Origin: Azolla caroliniana
Lineage: Eukaryota; Plantae; Polypodiophyta
NCBI GenBank assembly: GCA_043228905.1
Contig: JBHGNT010001403.1
Span: forward strand, 1-8,966
Direction of reading: 5' to 3'
DNA: 8,966 nt
Position numbers and translations under genes: made by a program. The notes below the pieces were generated by a model. That model searched no databases. It saw only the letters and a program-made list of their open reading frames with translations, and was not told the origin of the DNA. Positions 1-6,888 of the stretch are shown here, piece by piece (position 1 is the first letter of the stretch; every line of letters begins with the position of its first letter).

Positions 1-110
1 AAGCTTGAGGTTGTATCCACAAACAACAAGTTGAATGGCTTATTGAATAATTCGATGGTTACCCTACACAAATGTCCTAAATAAAAATTGTCATATTTAG
101 AAGTCCTGAT

Positions 111-130
111 CATACATACATACATACATA
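111..130. repeat. (CATA)5 microsatellite in duplication copy 1
   Basis: Read directly. Confidence 0.95.
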
Positions 131-443
131 TCTTCAAAATATAATGAATGATTCTTATGCTTTTATGGAACATATTAGCACAATATTTATTTCTACTAAT
201 TGGTTTGGAGTTTGTGAAGCCAGCCCTGTAGAAATGGTATTCCAAATTTAGCTCATGAATAATGTATACAAAGAACAAGTTAAATGGCTCGTAGCTCTCC
301 CCAATTAGGTGGAGATCTTTATTGTATATATGTAAGCTTGAAGTTGTATCCACAAACAACAAGTTGAATGGTATGTTGGATAATTCAGTGATTACCTTAC
401 ACAATTTTCCTAAATCAAAATTGTCGTATTTAGAAGTTCTCAT

Positions 444-449
444 CATACA

Positions 450-483
<34 letters not shown>
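444..483. repeat. (CATA)9-TATA microsatellite in duplication copy 2
   Basis: Read directly. It is 20 bp longer than the homologous tract in copy 1 and produces the HTYI repeats of the spurious ORF 322-504. Confidence 0.95.
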
Positions 484-484
<1 letters not shown>

Positions 485-825
485 CTTCAAAATATATTGA
501 ATGATTCTTATGCTTTTATGGAACATATTAGCACAATATTTATTTCTAGCAATTGGTTTGGAGTTCGTGAAGCCAACCCTCTAGAAATGGTATTCCAGAT
601 TTAGCTCATGAGTAATCTACACAAAGAAAATATATTGAACATTAACAATAAGTGACTTCACCCTTTATGAAAATTATAGAGAATTGAATGTCGCCCAAGA
701 ATGAACTTTAGTAGAAAAAACTATAACATGAGACGTAGTCATAATTTGAAATTACATTATTAGTAATCATTTAAACATTAAATCTATCTGCCATTAGTAA
801 TCAAATTATTAATGTTGGGCATAAC

Positions 826-974
826 TGTGATCACATTTATGTATTTTGCAAAACCAATCACAAAACTGTGATCGGTGGTGTGATCGGTCATTGATCGGTC
901 CACAGAAAGGGCACTAACAACCTGGTCCCACTAAAAATAGACTTCACCACTCCAATCAAGACCTCTCCAATCAA
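826..974 (+). promoter_or_regulatory. Putative proximal promoter motif cluster of the DUF247 gene
   Basis: Palindrome TGTGATCACA (826-835); TGATCGGT x3 (869-876, 881-888, 892-899); TGGTCCCAC (923-931), matching the TCP GGNCCCAC/site II-type consensus; CTCCAATCAA x2 (950-959, 965-974), each containing CCAAT. Lies ~280-425 bp upstream of the ATG. Function is inferred only. Confidence 0.35.
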
Positions 975-1046
975 AAAGCATACAAGAATCGATTAATTAG
1001 AATCGAATTGCTTCCAAATGGGAAATGGCATGACTCGGGAATTCCA

Positions 1047-1067
1047 CTCTCTCTCTCTCTCTCTCTC
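1047..1067. repeat. (CT)10 microsatellite, GAGA-type element upstream of the DUF247 gene
   Basis: Read directly. CT/GA tracts are common near plant TSS/5' UTRs and are bound by BBR/BPC factors. Confidence 0.9.
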
Positions 1068-1188
1068 ATTGATAGATAAATAGAACATAGGCTTTCTTAT
1101 CATCTAAGGGCAGGATTAAGTAATAGAGATGCAGAAAAAGAGGGGTGGTACTACTTGTTCTAATCTTATGAGGAAGTAGTAAAACATA

Positions 1189-1275
1189 ATGCCCCATAAT
1201 AGTGGAAGAAGAAGAAGAAGAAAAAGAAATCAACATAATTTACAATTCCAATGGATGAATGGAGAGTCTCCATGA
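1189..1275 (+). other. Possible overlapping upstream ORF (28 aa, MPHNSGRRRRRKRNQHNLQFQWMNGESP)
   Basis: ATG at 1189 to TGA at 1273-1275, out of frame with and overlapping the main ATG at 1251. Relevant only if the TSS lies upstream of 1189. Confidence 0.3.
1205..1222. repeat. (GAA)6 microsatellite in the probable 5' UTR
   Basis: Read directly. Confidence 0.9.
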
Positions 1276-2672
1276 AGGAGTTGATCAATCATGTTAATCC
1301 AGATGAGATCAACGAAAGTTGGATGATTTTGAAGCCTTACGAAGCATTGTTGAGTACAAAGCCAGAGGCATATGAGCCTAAATTTGTGACCATCGGTCCA
1401 TTGTATCAAAATTGTAAGGCTTCCCCCGTTAATGATTATAAGGCTCTATGTATGAAGAAATTCATGGAAAGAAATGAGATATCAGCTATGGAAGACCTCA
1501 TACAAGACTTAATCTCTGCTCAACACCATGAACTTAGCCAGATCTATAGACTTGGCCCCTCCCAATTTGACTTTGAGAGCCTCCAACTTCTGGTTACTTG
1601 GGATACAGTCTTCATTCATGAATACTTGTTGTTTTTGAAGTTTGGGGAATACAGGATGAATCTGCAAAGTGTCAGCAGGTACTTTGCCATTTTCTATGTT
1701 AATGACCAGACACTCTCCCTGAGACTACCGAGGGACTTGCTGTTGGCAGGCAACCAAATTCCCATGTTATGTCTGAAGAAGATTGCTCTAGAGATTCCTA
1801 AAATTCCAGACTTCTCATTGGATGTTCTCGAGATGACGGTGAGGTCTTTCATCGTGAAACATAATCCATTCTTCCTTAACGAAGAAGTAAGGAGTAGATT
1901 TTTAGGATTTCTTAGTTCCAAAAACATAAAACTGGTCAATACTTGCGATCATCTACTTGATTCCCTCTACTATTCATGCACTGTCAAAGAAGAATTTGCC
2001 AGACAAACTAACTCTAAAGAATCCACAAGAATATATGTTTGTTTATGTTTCTTTTATCTGAGCAAATTGAGGAGGGCATTCAAAATGACCAAGGAACTAG
2101 AAACTGACAAAAGGAAGTATGCTCGCCTCGCGACAGCGTCCAGACTCTGTAAATCCGGAATTTCATTCAAGTCTTGTGAAGGTAACATATCGGTGATAAA
2201 GTACGACGAGAGGAAACTCCAGCTCCATCTTCCACGCCTTGTAGTGTCTGACAGCACAGAGGTAGTGCTGAGGAACCTTCTTGCACATGAAATAACTTCC
2301 AAGAAAAAGGGTGAGTTTTTGAAGTATGCTGTGATCATGGACTCGCTCATCGACACGGAAGAAGATCTGGCGATCTTGGCAAAGGCCAAAGTCATAGAGA
2401 ACCACACGGGGAACGACACTAGGATTGTCCAGATGTGGAACGACATGTGCATCAATGTGGCCTTTACTGATAAATCCGACACATGGACACAGATGAACGC
2501 TGCTATGATGGCCCACTATAACTCCCGTTGGCATCGCTTGTCTACAGAGTGTTATGAAAAGTTCTTTTCTCGGCCATGGTTAACGATATCGGTCATTGCG
2601 GCATCTGTACTGCTGTCAGCTTCAATATTTCAGACAGTCTATACAATCATAGGTTTTTACAAAAGTAGCTGA
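1251..2672 (+). CDS. DUF247 / UPF0481-family plant protein, 473 aa, single exon, C-terminal TM anchor
   Basis: Family motifs occur in the expected order: AYEPKFVTIGPLY (cf. AYxPxxVSIGPYH), RDLLLAGNQIP (cf. DLLLLENQIP), DHLLDSLY, TASRLCKSGISFK (cf. SATELxxAGIxFK), LHLPRLVVSDSTEVVLRNLLAHE (cf. LxIPxLxIDDxTExxLRNLIAFE), YAVIMDSLIDTEEDLAIL, IENHTGND..IVQMWN, and terminal FFSRPWLTISVIAASVLLSASIFQTVYTII. An in-frame TAA at 1236-1238 limits the start. Confidence 0.93.
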   Translation: MDEWRVSMKELINHVNPDEINESWMILKPYEALLSTKPEAYEPKFVTIGPLYQNCKASPVNDYKALCMKKFMERNEISAMEDLIQDLISAQHHELSQIYRLGPSQFDFESLQLLVTWDTVFIHEYLLFLKFGEYRMNLQSVSRYFAIFYVNDQTLSLRLPRDLLLAGNQIPMLCLKKIALEIPKIPDFSLDVLEMTVRSFIVKHNPFFLNEEVRSRFLGFLSSKNIKLVNTCDHLLDSLYYSCTVKEEFARQTNSKESTRIYVCLCFFYLSKLRRAFKMTKELETDKRKYARLATASRLCKSGISFKSCEGNISVIKYDERKLQLHLPRLVVSDSTEVVLRNLLAHEITSKKKGEFLKYAVIMDSLIDTEEDLAILAKAKVIENHTGNDTRIVQMWNDMCINVAFTDKSDTWTQMNAAMMAHYNSRWHRLSTECYEKFFSRPWLTISVIAASVLLSASIFQTVYTIIGFYKSS

Positions 2673-2689
2673 AACCCCAGGCCAAAAAA

Positions 2690-2780
2690 AATAAAGAAGC
2701 TCCGTTTAATTCATTTGGGATCTCATTTTGGTTTATTAATTTAATTTGTTTCCCGTTATTTATGTATTTATGTATTTATA
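2690..2780 (+). promoter_or_regulatory. Probable 3' UTR with AATAAA and an AU-rich tract (TATTTATG)2-TATTTATA
   Basis: AATAAA at 2690-2695; ATTTA pentamers at 2758, 2766 and 2774 interleaved with TGTA. The AT-rich background makes chance occurrence plausible. Confidence 0.3.
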
Positions 2781-3137
2781 ATCCACAATGGCTTTATGAA
2801 CTTGTGGAAGATTATGTACTTCTGGTGAATCGCTTTCATGATTCATGTATTGATGGAAATCGATATTGTGGGAGTAAATCTGAGTAAATGTCGCAATGAA
2901 GTACTGAAGCCCAATGTTTTCTTCATCATCTTCTTCCTGATCCCCACGTTCATCAAACAAAATATAAGTTGAATACGATGGCAAAGAAATTGATTATAGA
3001 ATGTCCAAATCAACCCGAATGCCATTATTAGTTCTACTAGTCTCATGAACATACATACATACTTGTTACAAATAACAAATCACTGATGAATATAGATTTG
3101 AAGGATCAATTATCGCAATAGGCAAGACAGGAGGAAC

Positions 3138-3213
3138 GGCTATAGATCTCAAATTTCCATTTCATGATATGCTAAAGGCTGTTGATCTCCAAATTCCATT
3201 TTGTGATATGCTA
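3138..3213. repeat. Two-copy 39-bp-period tandem repeat
   Basis: GGCTATAGATCTCAAATTTCCATTTCATGATATGCTA (3138-3174) vs GGCTGTTGATCTCCAAATTCCATTTTGTGATATGCTA (3177-3213); 31/37 identical. Confidence 0.85.
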
Positions 3214-4419
3214 TGTAATCGATATTCAGGGTACAACCAAAAACGGATTAGATACACACAATCCCTTGAATCATAAGCCTTCTTTCATCGCCAGATGTAA
3301 TTGAGCGCTTTGTATGAAGAAATTCGTGTGAGAAGACATGGCATCTCCATTGCATTAGCAACATCGAGTTCAGCTTGGCATGCTCAAACTTTTGTCTACC
3401 TCCAACCTCTACTTCCTCTAATTTCAAGATTATTGAATACTTCAACAATTTCTTGCTTTTGATGAGGCATTATTGAGCATCCTAAACTGAAGCTGGGTAC
3501 GTTTCAATTCTCGCTTTTTCTCCCCTAAAGGTAGCTCCACAGACTTACCTCATCATGTGAACCTAACGTTTGGGTGGTTCCAGACTGTCTCTGTTTGCTT
3601 ATCTGGATATGAACAAATGTTGTTATGGACAATTCTGTAACAAATGTTGTCATCGTAACCCTAAACCGGCATTGGTATTATCTACAGGCATTGATTTTGG
3701 CCAATTATTGGCTCGTTTTGACAGAGACTCTACCTAAATATACATTGGATATTAGTCTAACAAAAATGTTGAAATTAGGATTATCGAAAACCATAGAGAA
3801 ACATAAAGTCTTAACAATACATGATGTCTTAATGTTAGTGGAATTTTAATGGCTAACGGCCTACAATCATGGCAATCACTATGAGTATTTCCCAATGGTA
3901 TTGGTGGGTTTTAATTGACATTGGCAGTAATGTGACTTGCATGTAGTATTCATTAATATCGGTTTCATTAGTGCTAATTAAAGCTCATAATACAACGAGT
4001 AATAACCAATTTATTAGCATTTGCTCCAAACTCTCCATTAATTTAGTATTGATTATTTCCCTCTCAAAACAATTGATCAAGAGTGGATTGATAGCTTTCC
4101 TTTCCTCAAAATATTAATGTTAGTTTGAGACATAATTCTGATCAGATTTTACATGTGTTGTACAAATGTGATCACATTACTAGTATAGTGTTTCAAAATC
4201 ACTTCTGTGGGGAACTTATATCAAATCATAGCACAACTATAATGAAATTCTATTATTGTCCCATTTTTGTACTTAGCTACAGTTAAGAAGTAATTAGTTA
4301 TTTGCTAATCCTAGGACAAAGCTATTAGTTCCACATACTTTTTGTGCAGTCTCATAATATCCATAAATCATAACAATTACCACAATGGGGTTATCACCAC
4401 ATCATCATCTCATACCAGA

Positions 4420-5823
4420 CTTGATCACGACATATTTGACTTAGTAAATTAACATTTAGTTTTTAATATACTCAAGTACAAGATTGAGCAACATGATTGA
4501 AGGCTCCACACACAATTCTCACAACATAATTGATTTGGCATGGTACACTAACATGGTTGTTGGGTTCATAGACAACCTTCAAAGATTAGATATTTGCATT
4601 ATTATCTTTGGCATTATGCACATTATAGGTCATTGCTACAACTTGCACATACACATGTTGTTTTCGATGGTCCACTTTAAGTCTATTACTTGGATTTCAA
4701 TGACATGTTCTTGATAGCTCAAAAGTTTTTCTTTTCTTTTCTTTTTATCAAATGTCTTGAGTCAACTATGCCTCCTTTTTCGATTTCTCGTGTTCCTAAC
4801 ATGGCTGTTGGGTTCATAGACAACCTTCAAAGATTAGATATTTGCATTATTATCTTTGGCATTATGCACATTATAGGTCATTGCTGCAACTTGCACATAC
4901 ACATGTTGTTTTCGATGGTCCACTTTAAGTCTATTACTTGGATTTCAATGACATGTTCTTGATAGCTCAAAAGTTTTTCTTTTCTTTTCTTTTTATCAAA
5001 TGTCTTGAGTCAACTACGCCTCCTTCTTCGCTTTCTCGTGTTCCTATCGTCTCTACTACATGGAAATGCTCAACTTTGGTCCCCTAGATTACCTGTCCCA
5101 CATCTTGTGTGCCGACCTACATACTTAACTATCTCTTAATCTATAATTGGTTAGCTTGATGACAATATATTTGACTTAGTAAATTAACATTTAGTTTTTA
5201 ATATACTCAAGTACAAGATTGAGCAACATGATTGAAGGCTCCACACACAATTCTCACAACATAATTGATTTGACATGATACACTAACATGACTGTTGGGT
5301 TCATAGACAACCTTGAATCAAAGATTAGATATTTGCATTATTATCTTTGGCATTATGCACATTATAGGTCATTGCTGCAACTTGCACATACACATGTTGT
5401 TTTCAACGGTCCACTTTAAGTCTGTTACTTGGATTTCAATGACATGTTCTTGATAGCTCAAAAGTTTATCTTTTCTTTTTTCTTTATCAAATGTCTTGAG
5501 TCAACTACGCCTCCTTTTTCGCTTTCTCGTGTTCCTATCGTCTCTACTACATGGAAATGCTCAACTTTGGTCCCCTAGATTACTTGTCCCACATCTTGTG
5601 TGCCGACCTACATACTTAACTATCTCTTATGCTCAAAAGTTTTTCTTTTCTTTTCTTTTTTATCAAATGTCCTGAGTCAACTACGCCTCCTTTTTCGCTT
5701 TCTCGTGTTCCTATCATCTCTACTACATGGAAATGCTCAACTTTGGTCCCCTAGATTACCTGTCCCACATCTTGTGTGCCGACCTACATACTTAACTATC
5801 TCTTAATCTATAATTGGGTAGCT
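4420..5823. repeat. Nested tandem duplication: [X-Y-Y-Z][X-Y-Z'-Y(3' part)-Z], base unit ~487 bp
   Basis: X starts at 4420 and 5155. Y copies are 4548-4798, 4796-5046 and 5283-5537 (the last with a 4-bp insertion). Z starts at 5047 and 5538. Segment ~5456-5630 is repeated from 5631 (~175-bp period). Unit end CTATAATTGG(T/G)TAGCT is at ~5141-5156 and ~5808-5823. Confidence 0.95.
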
Positions 5824-6097
5824 AGATAGGTAGATTTTATTATTGTGCTCGCAAATGTGACCTACATGTGTGTGGCGGAAAGATAAATCTTTGTTTTAAA
5901 TCACACACACACGAAGTTTCCTCTGCCTCACATGGAACTGAAGAACAAATTTGATGAATTTTTTGGACTCTTTAAAGACCTATAAAGACCAACCAACAGA
6001 TCATGAATGATAGACATATTTAAGAACTATCTACTCCCTAAAGAAAATTCCATTCACATACTATTACACTCTTTCTGAAGAAAGTATCAAGCTTATG

Positions 6098-6136
6098 CAA
6101 CAACAACAACAACAACAAAAAGATGATGATGATGAT
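6098..6136. repeat. Compound microsatellite (CAA)7-AAA-(GAT)5
   Basis: Read directly. With ATG at 6095 it forms the micro-ORF MQQQQQQQKDDDDDP-stop (6095-6142). Confidence 0.9.
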
Positions 6137-6150
6137 CCATAATGATTCCC

Positions 6151-6525
6151 ATGGGAAACAAATGGCCTAATATTCACATCCATATAACCCATCCCCATCG
6201 AGCAACTTCATCAACTCAACGACAACCCAAAAGAATGAAAGAGATCTTTAAGGCTGCCAACACGTCTACGTTCCCAAAACATAAAGTGAGCACTTTTCGA
6301 GGTGAAGCCATAATCATATTGCCTTCCCCAATGGATAGATGCAAGGCCCTTTGTATGGACAAATTCATGGATCAACATGGGATATCAAATGTGGGAGAGA
6401 TCATAAAAAAGTTCATCCCTCAAGACCCCAAGGAACTTAGAAACATCTATTTGGGCCTCAACGCGAGGGACAACTTTGGGTGCCTTAACTTCTGGACACT
6501 GTTGATACCATCTCTTCACACAAGA
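6151..6525 (+). pseudogene. Truncated, degraded DUF247 paralog (5' fragment) interrupted by a copia element
   Basis: SPMDRCKALCMDKFMDQHGISNVGEIIKKFIPQDPKELRNIY (from 6325) aligns without gaps to aa 58-99 of the 1251-2672 protein (SPVNDYKALCMKKFMERNEISAMEDLIQDLISAQHHELSQIY), 18/42 identical. Homology continues after a 1-nt frameshift near 6487 (CTT-AACTTCTG vs CTCCAACTTCTG; LLDTVDTI vs LLVTWDTV). Start context CATAAT..ATTCCCATGG resembles CATAAT..ATTCCAATGG of the intact gene. Confidence 0.85.
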
Positions 6526-6800
6526 TGTGGAAATATTTAACCTAAATATTATATTATTATTGACTAGAAATATTTAATTAATTACATAGAGTTATTTATT
6601 ATTAAAGTTTAGAGAAAACTCTTCTTTGAAGAGACGTAACTTTTTGTCCATCGTCTCTACAAACAAGCCATTTGGCTAATGTAACATAATACAATCAATA
6701 TTGAACAATTTCACGTATGTGTGATCTCTCTCTCTAGCAATAATTCTCTATTTGTATAGTTGCCGAATTCTACATGGTAGCAAATTTATATATTTCCACA
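6526..6800 (+). repeat. Putative 5' LTR (TG...CA); alternative right end at 6774
   Basis: Begins TGTGGAAATAT (6526-6536) where DUF247 homology stops. The perfect inverted copy ATATTTCCACA is at 6790-6800. An alternative end ATTCTACA (6767-6774) is followed by PBS-like TGGTAGCA. The 3' LTR is not in the window to confirm. Predicted TSD is CAAGA (6521-6525). Confidence 0.6.
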
Positions 6801-6810
6801 TCTATCAAAT
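6775..6810 (+). promoter_or_regulatory. Degenerate tRNA-Met(i) primer-binding-site-like sequence(s)
   Basis: TGGTAGCAAAT (6775-6785) matches 8/11 positions of canonical TGGTATCAGAG. A second weaker candidate, TCTATCAAAT, is at 6801-6810. Each follows a CA. Confidence 0.45.
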
Positions 6811-6888
6811 AAGACTAGAGAATCCCAGGAGCGTTGATCGATTTCTCATTAAGACGAACGCTAAGACGGATAGCCATCTTCGATAATA

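Larger units (their letters stand above)
1..628. repeat. Two-copy tandem duplication (copy 1 ~1-275, copy 2 ~334-628; period 333 bp, 353 bp after the microsatellite)
   Basis: AAGCTTGA(G/A)GTTGTATCCACAAACAACAAGTTGAATGG starts at both 1 and 334. Colinearity continues through ATGATTCTTATGCTTTTATGGAACATATTAGCACAATATTTATTTCTA to CAAAGAA (269-275 vs 622-628). Copy 1 may extend left of the window. Confidence 0.95.

Noticed and set aside
1-6. Window begins at a HindIII site (AAGCTT)
   Set aside because: The site is part of the duplicated unit (also at 334); no vector sequence is seen, so no cloning artefact is inferred.
322-504. 60-aa ORF with HTYI repeats
   Set aside because: Product of the (CATA)n tract inside a duplication; the homologous frame in copy 1 has a stop; non-ATG start.
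1694-2534. Antisense ORFs 1694-1939, 2054-2482 and 2163-2534
   Set aside because: Shadows of the DUF247 CDS with no recognisable motifs.
2760-3052. Minus-strand ORFs of 74 and 69 aa
   Set aside because: Short, no recognisable domain; the acidic run comes from a TCT/TCA-rich tract.
3248-3560. Slightly coding-like minus-strand segment with a GAG/GTAAGT donor-like site (~3543-3551) and a 66-aa ORF
   Set aside because: No family recognised and no coherent exon structure; BLASTX would be needed to test for a decayed gene or TE fragment.
3612-3650. AACAAATGTTGT 12-bp direct repeat (3612, 3639)
   Set aside because: Only two short copies in AT-rich DNA; no array or associated structure.
3625-3849. 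74-aa ORF as a candidate small peptide ligand between the DUF247 copies
   Set aside because: No clear N-terminal signal peptide, no cysteine pattern, AT-rich composition typical of chance ORFs.
4484-5806. Hydrophobic ORFs 4484-4714, 4690-4962 and 5600-5806 with repeated peptides
   Set aside because: They mirror the DNA duplication; a 4-bp insertion breaks the frame in the third Y copy; hydrophobicity reflects T-richness.
4420-5823. Repeat block as a CRISPR array or an LTR pair/TRIM
   Set aside because: No short repeat with unique spacers and the context is eukaryotic; I could not identify TG...CA ends, PBS, PPT or TSD at the unit boundaries.
5971-5990. TATAAA at 5981-5986 as the paralog TATA box
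   Set aside because: Plausible position, but part of a 10-bp tandem (TTTAAAGACC TATAAAGACC) and unsupported without transcript data.
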